38,350 nucleotides of DNA, taken from the NCBI GenBank assembly GCA_964349435.1, contig CAYGHY010000002.1:1-38350 (forward strand). The letters run 5' to 3'. The notes below the pieces were generated by a model. It made no database searches, was not told the origin of the DNA, and worked only from the letters and a program-made list of their open reading frames with translations. Shown here one piece after another: positions 26,878 to 35,843 of this stretch. The stretch comes from an uncultured Oscillospiraceae bacterium. GTDB taxonomy: Bacteria > Bacillota > Clostridia > Acetivibrionales > DTU013. Position numbers and translations under genes: made by a program. Position 1 is the stretch's first letter. Every line of letters begins with the position of its first letter.

Positions 26878-28968
26878 TTACTCCTCGTCTACATCATCGG
26901 TCATCGTCTTCTTGGCATCTTCTATTACCTTCTGGGATACGTTTGACGGAGCCTCCTCATACCTGTCAAAGGACTGTTTGAATGAGCCTCTTCCCTGCGT
27001 CATAGACCTGAGGTCATTGGCATACTTAAACATTTCCGCAGACGGAACATCGGCCACAACCTGCTGCAGACCGTCTTCCTGTGGATTCATACCCAGAATT
27101 CTGCCCCTTCTTTTATTAAGGTCACCGATGATATCCCCCATGTAGCTGTCCGGAATATACACTTCTACACGGCTTATCGGCTCCAGCAATACTGGGTTCG
27201 CCAGCGGCAAGCCTTTCTTGTACGCCAGGCGCGCCGCTATCTTGAATGCCATTTCAGAGGAGTCGACATCATGGTAGGAGCCATCAACGAGTGTTGCCTT
27301 CAGGTTAACTACCGGATACCCCGCCAGCACACCATGAAATATTGCTTCGCGAAGTCCTTTTTCAACAGCCGGATGATATTGCTTCGGCACTGAGCCACCG
27401 AAGATCTTCTCTTCATAAATAAGGTCTTCAGTCTCGCCATGCTCGAATTCCACCCAGACATGCCCATACTGGCCATGCCCGCCGGACTGCTTCTTGTGCT
27501 TGCCTTCCACTTTAACCTTCTTTTTAATGGTTTCCCGGTAGGGAACCTTCGGGTCAACCAGATTCACAGATACTCCGAACTTTGCCTTGAGTTTGCTTAC
27601 TATAACATCAAGGTGTTGTTCACCTATACCGGAAATAACAGTCTGATGTGTTTCTGTGTTTACAATAACCTTGAAGGTGGGATCTTCGTCCTGAAGTCTT
27701 GTAAGACCCGAGCTTATCTTCTCCTCATCACCCTTGGCCTTGGGTTCAACTGCAAGCGAGAGTGCCGGCTCGGGGTAATCAATCTTTTCAAGTATGACAG
27801 GCTTGGCCTGGCCGCACAATGTGTCATTGGTATTGGTGTACTGAAGTTTGGCAACAGCTCCGATATCACCGGCAATAAGCCTGTCAACCGGTAATTGTTT
27901 CTTGCCTCTGAGCATAAACACCTGGGCGATCTTTTCGGTCTTTTCAGTCGTAGTATTCAAAACTACAGAGTCGGACTTGATAGTGCCGGAGTATACCCTG
28001 AATATGGATATCTTCCCAACAAAGGGATCTGCAATAGTCTTGAAAACAAGGGCAGACATACTTTCATCCGACGCAGCCCTAAGCTCAACCACAGTATCGG
28101 TGCCAGCCTTCAAAGCCTTTATAACGGGTTTGCCGGCGGGTGAAGGCATGTATTCTATAATCATGTCCATGAGCGTCTGTATACCCTGATTTTGAAGGGC
28201 AGCTCCGCAAAGAACAGGTACTATCGAGCCGTTTGCTATTCCGGCGCTGAGACCCTTCTTGATATCCTCTGCGGTAAACTCTTCACCGCTGAAGAATCTT
28301 TCCATCAGTTCCTCACTCGTCTCAGCAATTGTTTCATTCAGTGCGTCTCTAATCTCCGATATCTTATCAGTTAAACCGGCAGGAATTGCTGTATCGATCA
28401 GCTTATCCTTGTCGAATTTTTTCGCAGTCATACCAAGAATATCAACAAAACCAGTAAATTTATCGCCCTCAATAATTGGAAGCTGAAAAGCTATAACGCT
28501 TTTGCCGAAGATATTGGTCAATTGTCCGAAAACTTCGTAGAAATTCGCATTTTCTTCGTCCATCTTACTTACAAAAAACATCTTGGGTATTCCCTGTTCC
28601 TTTGCATAAGCCCAGGATTTTTCTGTACCTACCGCGACGCCGCCCTTCGCGGGAACTAGAATGACAGCACTATCAGACACCCTGCTGCCCTGTTTGATTT
28701 CGCCGACAAAATCAAAGTAGCCGGGGGTATCAATAATATTTATTTTGCAGTCCTTCCACTCACAAAGCGCTATAGCTGTACTGAGGGTAATCTTTCTTTT
28801 GATTTCTTCCGGATCGTAATCCATTGTGGTAGTACCGTCATTTACCCTGCCAAACCTGTCCAAGACCCCTGTGTTAAACAGCATTGCCTCCGCCAGTGTT
28901 GTCTTTCCCGCCCCGCCATGTGACATCAGGCACACATTGCGGAGCCTTTCCACAGTATAATCCTTCAT
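26878..28968 (-). CDS. Elongation factor G paralogue (translational GTPase), stand-alone
   Basis: 696 aa. G1 SHGGAGKTT, G3 DTPGYFDF, EF-G domains II-V recognisable. Not in an rpsL-rpsG-fusA-tuf context. Confidence 0.85.
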   Translation of the reverse strand: MKDYTVERLRNVCLMSHGGAGKTTLAEAMLFNTGVLDRFGRVNDGTTTMDYDPEEIKRKITLSTAIALCEWKDCKINIIDTPGYFDFVGEIKQGSRVSDSAVILVPAKGGVAVGTEKSWAYAKEQGIPKMFFVSKMDEENANFYEVFGQLTNIFGKSVIAFQLPIIEGDKFTGFVDILGMTAKKFDKDKLIDTAIPAGLTDKISEIRDALNETIAETSEELMERFFSGEEFTAEDIKKGLSAGIANGSIVPVLCGAALQNQGIQTLMDMIIEYMPSPAGKPVIKALKAGTDTVVELRAASDESMSALVFKTIADPFVGKISIFRVYSGTIKSDSVVLNTTTEKTEKIAQVFMLRGKKQLPVDRLIAGDIGAVAKLQYTNTNDTLCGQAKPVILEKIDYPEPALSLAVEPKAKGDEEKISSGLTRLQDEDPTFKVIVNTETHQTVISGIGEQHLDVIVSKLKAKFGVSVNLVDPKVPYRETIKKKVKVEGKHKKQSGGHGQYGHVWVEFEHGETEDLIYEEKIFGGSVPKQYHPAVEKGLREAIFHGVLAGYPVVNLKATLVDGSYHDVDSSEMAFKIAARLAYKKGLPLANPVLLEPISRVEVYIPDSYMGDIIGDLNKRRGRILGMNPQEDGLQQVVADVPSAEMFKYANDLRSMTQGRGSFKQSFDRYEEAPSNVSQKVIEDAKKTMTDDVDEE

Positions 28969-29064
28969 ATTAATTCCCCCTTGTTATAATACAAACTTAT
29001 AATATTCTTCCTAAATAATAGCAAAGTAATTCAAGAGTACTGGGATTTATTTAACACATTGTAT

Positions 29065-29092
29065 ATTATAACACACATTAATGCCAGTTCAA
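29065..29092 (-). promoter_or_regulatory. Promoter for the EF-G paralogue (TTGAAC-16-TATAAT with an upstream TG)
   Basis: The minus strand reads cTTGAACtggcattaatgtgtgtTATAATatac. Confidence 0.5.
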
Positions 29093-29213
29093 GGACTTTC
29101 TCATGAATGTGTGTTGCATTTGAGGGCATTTTTGCCTTTTCAAAAGTGCGGAATTGCTATAAGTATCTCACCCGAAAGGCATAAGACTATATATCATTGA
29201 ATTCCCATTTTTC

Positions 29214-29242
29214 TTGACATTTAGCCGATATAGTTGTAAATT
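29214..29242 (+). promoter_or_regulatory. Candidate promoter for the aro operon (TTGACA-17-TAAATT)
   Basis: tttttcTTGACA at 29214-29219; TAAATT at 29237-29242. Confidence 0.45.
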
Positions 29243-29268
29243 TATATAAAACCCAGCCTTCGTCAACA

Positions 29269-29338
29269 TTAAAGCTTTCGCTATGTTTCTGAAAGGCGCA
29301 TAAATGCCGATGAATTAATGTTTGTTTCGTTGTAGTAG
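29269..29338 (+). repeat. Dispersed roughly 70-nt repeat family A, copy 1 (in the aro operon leader). Copy 2 is at 35774-35843.
   Basis: About 90% identity with a 33-nt perfect core tttctgaaaggcgcataaatgccgatgaat. Same orientation in both copies. Confidence 0.9.
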
Positions 29339-29352
29339 AAAGGAAGTTTCAA

Positions 29353-30381
29353 ATGATTATTGTAATGAAACCAGGTTCACAGGAGAGCGAAATTCGTGAA
29401 GTATCAAAAGTGTTAGAAAAACTGGGCCTTGGCGTCCATATTTCAAAAGGCACCGAAAGGACAATCATTGGCGCAATAGGGGACGAAAGGCTTCTGAGCG
29501 AGCTGCCGATTGAGCTGATGCCCGGTGTCGATAAACTTTTACCCATTTTGGAAAGCTACAAGCTGGCTGGCAAAACATTCAAACCCGAGCCCAGCATTAT
29601 TGAGATAAAAGGTGTCAAAATTGGCGGCAAGGAGTTTGTCATAATGGCGGGGCCGTGTGCTATCGAGAGTCGCCATCAGATATTGACCGCCGCCGAGGCA
29701 GTCAAAAAATCCGGAGCCAAATTTCTAAGAGGCGGCGCTTTCAAACCAAGAACCTCACCCTACTCTTTTCAGGGCCTTGAAGAAGAGGGTCTTAAAATGC
29801 TTAAGGAAGCCGGTGAAGCAACCGGTCTGCCCACCATCACAGAGGTTATAAGCGAGCGTTCGATAGAAATTGCAGCAGACTATGTAGACATGTTCCAGAT
29901 AGGCGCCCGCAACTCGCAAAATTTTCATCTCCTCAGAGAAGTCGGACGTTCCGGAAAGCCTGTGCTCTTTAAAAGAGGCGCTTCAACTACTATTGATGAA
30001 TGGCTTAATGCGGCGGAGTATATAATGAGTGAAGGCAATTATAATGTAGTGCTGTGTGAGCGCGGCATCAGAACCTTTGAAACAGCAACAAGAAACACAT
30101 TGGATATTAGCGCAATACCGGTAGTGAAAATCAACAGCCACCTCCCCATTATCGTCGACCCCAGCCATGCAGCCGGAAAACCGCAGTACATACTGCCTCT
30201 TTCAAGGGCGGCGGTAGCGGCCGGTGCGGACGGACTGATCATTGAAGTACACCCCGACCCGAGATCTGCGCTGTCCGATGCAGCACAGCAGCTTGCTCCT
30301 GAAGCCTTTGACAGTTTATGCAAGGATATTGAAAGGATTGCCGAAATTGTCGGCAGAGTGTTTAAAAATGAAGCCGGTTAA
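29353..30381 (+). CDS. aroF: 3-deoxy-7-phosphoheptulonate (DAHP) synthase, type I-beta with an N-terminal ferredoxin-like regulatory domain
   Basis: MIIVMKPG..ISKGTERTIIGAIGD N-domain followed by a KDO8P/DAHPS I-beta core (GPCAIES, KPRTSPYSFQG, DPSH). Confidence 0.9.
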   Translation: MIIVMKPGSQESEIREVSKVLEKLGLGVHISKGTERTIIGAIGDERLLSELPIELMPGVDKLLPILESYKLAGKTFKPEPSIIEIKGVKIGGKEFVIMAGPCAIESRHQILTAAEAVKKSGAKFLRGGAFKPRTSPYSFQGLEEEGLKMLKEAGEATGLPTITEVISERSIEIAADYVDMFQIGARNSQNFHLLREVGRSGKPVLFKRGASTTIDEWLNAAEYIMSEGNYNVVLCERGIRTFETATRNTLDISAIPVVKINSHLPIIVDPSHAAGKPQYILPLSRAAVAAGADGLIIEVHPDPRSALSDAAQQLAPEAFDSLCKDIERIAEIVGRVFKNEAG

Positions 30382-31468
30382 CATTGCGATTATTGGTCTG
30401 GGGCTGATAGGAGGCTCGCTGGCAAAGGCTCTGCACAAAAAGCTTGGCCTTAACACTATCACAGCTGTCGATACAGACTCCCATACCCTTGAACTTGCCT
30501 TAAAGGAAGGAATAATTGCAAAGGGTTTCATTAACATTGACATCAGCATTTGCAGCGCGGATATCATATTTGTCTGCACTCCGGTAAAGCAGACGTTAAG
30601 ATATATAGACGAATTAGCACCGCGATGCTCAGTTGCCTGCATTATCACTGATGTATGCAGCACGAAGGAGGAAATTACCCGGCATATAGAAGCAATGCCC
30701 ACCCCTCCCTGTTTCATTGGCGGACATCCAATGGCGGGAACAGAAAAATCAGGCTATTCAAACAGCTTTGCACACTTATTTGAGAATGCGTATTATATAC
30801 TGACCCCCTGTTCTTCAACTTTGCCTGAAGCATTGGGTACACTCGCCGGCATCATTGAAGGTATAGGCGCTATCCCCGTCATCATGCCTGCTCAGGAGCA
30901 TGACAGGGTAACGGGCGGCATTAGCCACCTGCCCCACATCATCGCCTCCGCACTGGTTAATCTTGTGAGAGAGATGGACAGTGGCAGCGGGAAAATGCAA
31001 ACCCTTGCCGCAGGAGGCTTCAGGGACATCACCAGAATTGCCTCCTCGAACCCGGAGATGTGGGAGAATATCGTTTTAAGCAATAAAGCTCAGATTATAC
31101 AGCTTTTATCACTATTTAAAAAGGCACTGGATGATTTTGCAGGAATTCTTGAAAACAGAGATTATAAAGCAATATACCAGTTTTTCGATAAAGCAAGAAG
31201 GTACAGGGATTCCATATCAAATCAGACAACCGGTCTGATACAGCCAACTTACAGATTGATCGTAGACGTTCAGGACAAACCTGGAATTATTGGAGAAATA
31301 GCAACAATTCTGGGCAACAATAATATTAATATAAAAAATATAAATGTTACCAATAGCAGAGAATTCGAGCAAGGCTGCCTGGTCATAGCCCTGCCTGACA
31401 CCGTCAGTGTAAATATTGCCTTTGACTTACTTGTGAATACAGGGTATAAAGTATTTAAAAATAGATAA
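30368..31468 (+). CDS. tyrA: Prephenate dehydrogenase with a C-terminal ACT domain
   Basis: IAIIGLGLIGGS Rossmann motif, HPMAG, ACT-like VDVQDKPGIIGEIATILG. ATG 30368 overlaps the aroF end by 14 nt. Confidence 0.9.
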   Translation: MKPVNIAIIGLGLIGGSLAKALHKKLGLNTITAVDTDSHTLELALKEGIIAKGFINIDISICSADIIFVCTPVKQTLRYIDELAPRCSVACIITDVCSTKEEITRHIEAMPTPPCFIGGHPMAGTEKSGYSNSFAHLFENAYYILTPCSSTLPEALGTLAGIIEGIGAIPVIMPAQEHDRVTGGISHLPHIIASALVNLVREMDSGSGKMQTLAAGGFRDITRIASSNPEMWENIVLSNKAQIIQLLSLFKKALDDFAGILENRDYKAIYQFFDKARRYRDSISNQTTGLIQPTYRLIVDVQDKPGIIGEIATILGNNNINIKNINVTNSREFEQGCLVIALPDTVSVNIAFDLLVNTGYKVFKNR

Positions 31469-31567
31469 GGGATCGTTGAAATATAACTTCCGCTAAATCT
31501 TTTCCGAAGAACTACACTGAAGCTCCGTTCTCCAGAAAAGAATCGGAAGTAATATTTCAGCCGACCC
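31469..31567 (+). repeat. Roughly 100-nt imperfect rod-like inverted repeat in the tyrA-aroA spacer
   Basis: Arms at 31477-31492/31544-31559 (15 of 16), 31498-31504/31535-31541 (7 of 7), 31506-31512/31526-31532 (6 of 7), and an outer ggg(a)tcg/cgaccc. Confidence 0.7.
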
Positions 31568-31619
31568 TAAGTTGCAAAAATAGGTGCAGAGTAAGAATGA
31601 TTATGTTGGGGGTAAAATC

Positions 31620-32894
31620 GTGTTAATTGAAAACAAAAACTCACTTAAAGGGGAAATGACAGTTCCCGGGGACAAATCCATATCCCACAGGGCCGTCGTG
31701 TTGGGGGCGCTCGCCAGAGGAACTACTGAAATTGATAATTTCCTGCTTGGTGAGGACTGCATCAGCACGATTGAATGCCTTAGAAAAATGCAGACAGGAA
31801 TTGAAATATTGCAAAACAACAAGGTCAGAGTTCAGGGCAGGGGGCTGTATGGCCTTAAAACTCCCGCCACAGTACTCAATACGGGCCGATCAGGCACTGC
31901 CATAAGACTGCTGCTTGGTGTTCTCAGCGGACAGCCCTTTACCTCCGCCGTCATCAGAAACGAGTCTGCAATGAAAAAGCCTGTCGGAAAGGTTGTAAGC
32001 TACCTGAAACGGATGGGCGCCAACATTAATGGTAAAGAAGACGGGACTTTATGTCCGCTTACCATTTCGCCCGCCAATTTGAAAGGCATTTGCTGCGACC
32101 TGTCTGTTCTTGAAACCCAAATTAAGACATCTGTACTCTTAGCCGGCTTGTACGCCGAAGGCGAAACTCTGGTAAGAGAAGCTGTCAAGTCAAGGAACCA
32201 CATGGAGCTTATGCTTAATTATTTCGGAGCAGATATCAAGGCCGATAGCCTCGATGTAAAGAGCCATCCGGTTGAAAATCTGTATGCACAGCATGTTATC
32301 ATACCAGGAGATATTTCCATGGCCTCCTATTTTATTACTGCAGCACTATTGGTGCCTAACTCCAGCATTATCATTAAAAATGTGGGCGTGAACCCCACCA
32401 GAACAGGAGTGCTGGATGTTTACAAGGCTATGGGCGCAAAGATTGAGCTTTTAAATCAACGAATCATCAGCAACGAAAGAGTAGCTGACATACATGTGGA
32501 ATCTTCAATGCTTTCCTGCACAAAAATAACCAGAAACCAAATACCCAACCTGCTTGATGAGCTTCCTGTAATTATAGTAGCTGCGGCATTTGCCAAAGGC
32601 ACAACCGAGATCACCGGTTATTCAGACTTTCACGCAACGGACTCTGGTAAAATCAGAGCGATTACCCTGGAGCTTTCAAAAATGGGAGCAAAACTGTCAG
32701 AAAACAAAGACAGCCTAGTAATAGAGGGAAGAGATACTCTCAGAGGAACAGTCGTGGAGAGCAATAATAATCACTCTCTGGCAATGGCGCTGTCTGTTGC
32801 CGGGCTTGCAGCGCAAGGTGAAACCATGATAAGAAAGTCCCAAGCTGTCGACATTGTATATCCGGATTTTTATCAAACACTGAACAAGCTTTAA
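31620..32894 (+). CDS. aroA: 3-phosphoshikimate 1-carboxyvinyltransferase (EPSP synthase)
   Basis: VPGDKSISHR motif and overall EPSPS layout. GTG 31620 after GGGGG; the track ORF starts at GTG 31584. Confidence 0.92.
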   Translation: MLIENKNSLKGEMTVPGDKSISHRAVVLGALARGTTEIDNFLLGEDCISTIECLRKMQTGIEILQNNKVRVQGRGLYGLKTPATVLNTGRSGTAIRLLLGVLSGQPFTSAVIRNESAMKKPVGKVVSYLKRMGANINGKEDGTLCPLTISPANLKGICCDLSVLETQIKTSVLLAGLYAEGETLVREAVKSRNHMELMLNYFGADIKADSLDVKSHPVENLYAQHVIIPGDISMASYFITAALLVPNSSIIIKNVGVNPTRTGVLDVYKAMGAKIELLNQRIISNERVADIHVESSMLSCTKITRNQIPNLLDELPVIIVAAAFAKGTTEITGYSDFHATDSGKIRAITLELSKMGAKLSENKDSLVIEGRDTLRGTVVESNNNHSLAMALSVAGLAAQGETMIRKSQAVDIVYPDFYQTLNKL

Positions 32895-32900
32895 AATCAA

Positions 32901-32942
32901 TGACCTAAAGTGGCGGACTGAGATGTCCGCTCCTTTAGGTCA
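32901..32942. terminator. Bidirectional terminator hairpin between convergent aroA and rex
   Basis: tgacctaaag-t-ggcggac-tgagat-gtccgc-t-cctttaggtca. Overlaps the rex stop codon. Confidence 0.7.
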
Positions 32943-33590
32943 CTTTGTGTCCTTATTCTCAAATTGGGCTTTGATTCTATATCCAAGCACCATTAGACTG
33001 TCGCTGAGATGAACATTTTCAATGACTGTATCATACGGGAGCTTCAAATCCATGGGCGAAAAGTTCCAAAGCCCCTTAATTCCAAGTCGCGCGACTTTTT
33101 CCGCCACCTCACGCGTCTGGTCGTAAGGTACGGTAAGCATGGCTATATCAACATGGTTTTCTTTCACGAAATCCTCCATATTGTCCAAGTGCATTATATC
33201 CATATTGTTGACCTTATCACCTATCAATTCGGCACTGATATCAAAAATACCAATAATGTTAAACCCTCTTTTTTCAAAATTGCCATAATGAGCCAATGCC
33301 CTTCCCATATTACCGGCACCTATTATAATAGTTCGATATTTGTAGTTTATCCCCAGTATATTGCCGATTTCCTTATATAAAAGCCCAACGTTGTACCCAT
33401 AGCCTTGCTGCCCAAAGCCGCCGAAACAATTTAGATCCTGCCTTATCTGGGATGCAGTAATGCCCATTCTGATGCTTAAGTCCTTGGATGATACTCTGGT
33501 AATATCCATCAAGAGTAAATCCGATAAATACCTGTAATATCTGGGAAGGCGCTTGATAACTGCAATAGAGATTTTTTTCTTCAGGGCCAT
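32940..33590 (-). CDS. rex: Redox-sensing transcriptional repressor Rex
   Basis: IKRLPRYYRYL winged-helix motif, Rossmann IIIGAGNMGRAL. ATG 33590 after AAGGAGG; the track ORF starts at 33614. Confidence 0.93.
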   Translation of the reverse strand: MALKKKISIAVIKRLPRYYRYLSDLLLMDITRVSSKDLSIRMGITASQIRQDLNCFGGFGQQGYGYNVGLLYKEIGNILGINYKYRTIIIGAGNMGRALAHYGNFEKRGFNIIGIFDISAELIGDKVNNMDIMHLDNMEDFVKENHVDIAMLTVPYDQTREVAEKVARLGIKGLWNFSPMDLKLPYDTVIENVHLSDSLMVLGYRIKAQFENKDTK

Positions 33591-33662
33591 TGATATTACC
33601 TCCTTTAGCATCATATTACTAATGAAATTATACTTCTTTGATATTTTTTTGTCAATATTACC

Positions 33663-33697
33663 CGCCGGCCGCTTGTATTTTTTCGCCGGCCGCTTGT
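33663..33697. repeat. Two copies of the GC-rich 14-mer cgccggccgcttgt spaced 21 bp apart in the rex/ABC-F divergent region
   Basis: Exact copies at 33663-33676 and 33684-33697, inside otherwise AT-rich DNA. Confidence 0.9.
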
Positions 33698-33722
33698 CCG
33701 CCGACTATTTTTTTGCTAGAAT
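33694..33722 (+). promoter_or_regulatory. Candidate ABC-F promoter (TTGTCC-17-TGcTAGAAT extended -10)
   Basis: The -35 lies inside the second GC-rich repeat. The -10 is at 33717-33722. Confidence 0.35.
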
Positions 33723-33731
33723 AAATTTGTC

Positions 33732-33787
33732 AGCGAACGAGAAACTTCGCTGATGTAAGATATAAGCAAAGCGATTTTTCTTGACTA
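33732..33787 (+). repeat. Dispersed intergenic repeat family R, copy 2 (ABC-F leader)
   Basis: Aligns with 3492-3550. 5' hairpin cagcgaa-N8-ttcgctg (33731-33752). Confidence 0.6.
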
Positions 33788-33813
33788 ATTATTTAGAATA
33801 ATACGGTGCAGCA

Positions 33814-35769
33814 ATGATCATTTTAACATGCAATGGATTGTATCTTTCGTTTGGCGCAGATGTCATACTGAGCAACGTCAGCTGTGCGCTTAAACAAAGT
33901 GAAAAGGCAGGTCTGGTAGGAGTCAACGGCGCAGGCAAGTCAACCCTTTTCAAGATTATCACCGGCAGTCTTCAACAGGATTCCGGCCAGATTTTTATTT
34001 CGAAAGGTACGAAAATCGGTTACCTGGAACAGGGTTCAGGTTTGGACTCCAACAATACCATATGGATGGAGATGCTGACTATCTATTTTGCTCTAACATC
34101 GATGGAAGCTAGATTAAAGCTGCTTGGAAAAAACATCAGTAAAGAAAAGGATGAAACACGTATCCATTCCATGATGAAGGAGTATGATTTGCTACTGGAA
34201 CGCTTTTCCCGGGAGGGCGGATATGAATACCACAGCTGGATACGCGGCGTATTGCATGGACTCGGCTTTGAAGATAGCCAGTTTGAGATGCGGATACAAG
34301 CTTTGAGCGGTGGGCAAAAGACCCGTCTGGCCCTCGCGAAGCTGCTTTTGGAGGAGCCGGATCTTCTTTTGCTGGATGAGCCTACCAACCATCTGGACAT
34401 TGATTCTATAGAATGGCTGGAAGATTTCCTGAAGAATTATAAAAAGGCAGTATTCATCATCTCACATGACAGGTACTTTCTTGATGCAGTCACCTCAAAG
34501 ACTATAGAACTGGAAAATTGCGAATGTATTTCCTATAACGGCGGCTACTCTGCATATGCAGATAAAAAGGCCGCGGCCAGAGAAATACAGCGAAAGCACT
34601 ATGAGCAGCAGCAAAAGGAAATTGCCCGCATGGAAGCCTTCATCGAACAGCAAAGGCGCTGGAACAGGGAAAAAAATATCATCGCCGCGGAAAGTCGTCA
34701 AAAGGCAATCGATCGGATTGATAAGCTGGTCGCACCAAAAAAGCCGCCGGACAGTATAAAAATCAAATTTAGAAGCAGCATCATCAGCGGCAATGACGTT
34801 TTATTCGCAGAAAATCTATCAAAGAGTTTTCCCGGAAAAGAGCTGTTTACAGATCTAAGCTTTGATATCAAGCGGGGCGAGAAGATTTTTCTACTGGGTC
34901 CCAACGGCTGTGGCAAGTCTACTCTGTTGAAAATACTCGCAGGTAAAATACCACAGAGTGCGGGCAGTTTTGAATACGGGCATAAAATTGTGCTTGGTTA
35001 TTATGATCAGGAGTTGGAAGGTTTGAATGAAAGCAATACAGTGCTTGAGGAAGTATGGAACAGTAATGAAAAACTAACCCATACCCAAATTCGCAATGTT
35101 TTAGCCCAATTTCTTTTTACAAGCGAAGATGTATATAAGACAGTTGGCGTTCTAAGCGGAGGTGAAAAAAGCAGAGTTTCCCTCATAAAGCTTATAATGT
35201 CAGGTGCCAATTTTCTTCTGCTGGATGAGCCCACAAACCATCTGGATACCAACTCCAGAGAAGCCCTTGAGGATGCTCTGCTTTCCTTTGACGGCACTCT
35301 GCTGGTAGTGTCGCACGATCGGTACTTCATCCGGAAACTTGCTTCAAGAGTTCTGGAAATGACAGACAGAAGCTTGGAGGATTACCGGGGCAAATACGAA
35401 TACTACCTGGAGCACCGCAAACAAACTGTAGTAACTGATGTTGACGGAAGCGGGCGGCCCTTGTCAGCTTCCAAGCAGGAACGTATTGAAAGCAGAGAGG
35501 AAAGGGCTAGAAAGCGCAAATTGGATAAACAGCTTGCTTCGTGCGAAAATGAAATAAACACTGCCGAAGCCAGACTGGCTGAAATAGCCGCAGAAATGTC
35601 CTTTGAAGCAACGCAAAGTGACCATGTATTGTTGGAAGCACTGCATTATGAGCAGCTTGAGCTGGAAAGCAGCCTGAAAAATTTATATGAGGGCTGGACG
35701 GAGTTATCGGAGCAAACGGAGGCAACAACTACTGCAGCGAAAAATTTAGATTTATCCTTTTGGAAATAA
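33814..35769 (+). CDS. ABC-F family ATPase (Uup/YdiF-like translation-associated factor) with a C-terminal coiled coil
   Basis: Two ABC cassettes (GVNGAGKST/LSGGQKTR/LLLDEPTNHLD and GPNGCGKST/LSGGEKSR/LLLDEPTNHLD). No TM domain. Charged inter-domain linker. Confidence 0.9.
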   Translation: MIILTCNGLYLSFGADVILSNVSCALKQSEKAGLVGVNGAGKSTLFKIITGSLQQDSGQIFISKGTKIGYLEQGSGLDSNNTIWMEMLTIYFALTSMEARLKLLGKNISKEKDETRIHSMMKEYDLLLERFSREGGYEYHSWIRGVLHGLGFEDSQFEMRIQALSGGQKTRLALAKLLLEEPDLLLLDEPTNHLDIDSIEWLEDFLKNYKKAVFIISHDRYFLDAVTSKTIELENCECISYNGGYSAYADKKAAAREIQRKHYEQQQKEIARMEAFIEQQRRWNREKNIIAAESRQKAIDRIDKLVAPKKPPDSIKIKFRSSIISGNDVLFAENLSKSFPGKELFTDLSFDIKRGEKIFLLGPNGCGKSTLLKILAGKIPQSAGSFEYGHKIVLGYYDQELEGLNESNTVLEEVWNSNEKLTHTQIRNVLAQFLFTSEDVYKTVGVLSGGEKSRVSLIKLIMSGANFLLLDEPTNHLDTNSREALEDALLSFDGTLLVVSHDRYFIRKLASRVLEMTDRSLEDYRGKYEYYLEHRKQTVVTDVDGSGRPLSASKQERIESREERARKRKLDKQLASCENEINTAEARLAEIAAEMSFEATQSDHVLLEALHYEQLELESSLKNLYEGWTELSEQTEATTTAAKNLDLSFWK

Positions 35770-35773
35770 TGCG

Positions 35774-35843
35774 TTAAAGCATTCGCAATATTTCTGAAAG
35801 GCGCATAAATGCCGATGAATAAATGTATATTTCGCTGTAGTAC
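35774..35843 (+). repeat. Dispersed repeat family A, copy 2 (between convergent ABC-F and cwlD)
   Basis: See 29269-29338. Its 3' end touches the cwlD stop codon. Confidence 0.9.

Noticed and set aside
26878-28968. EF-G paralogue as a Tet(M)/Tet(O)-type ribosomal protection protein
   Set aside because: Its length (696 aa) and motifs are EF-G-like. I cannot distinguish the subfamilies without alignment, and there is no mobile-element or resistance context nearby.
33781-33786. tttttcTTGACT as the -35 of the ABC-F promoter (and the analogous TTGAGG at 3544-3549 for metI)
   Set aside because: There is no -10 hexamer at 16-18 nt spacing, and the start codons are too close. The motif is more likely part of repeat family R than a promoter.
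33814-35769. ABC-F protein as an antibiotic-resistance (ARE) factor with a leader-peptide attenuator
   Set aside because: The size and C-terminal coiled coil resemble housekeeping Uup/YdiF-type ABC-Fs. The leader has only an ATG-TAA start-stop and a weak 5-bp terminator-like stem. The evidence is not enough to call resistance.
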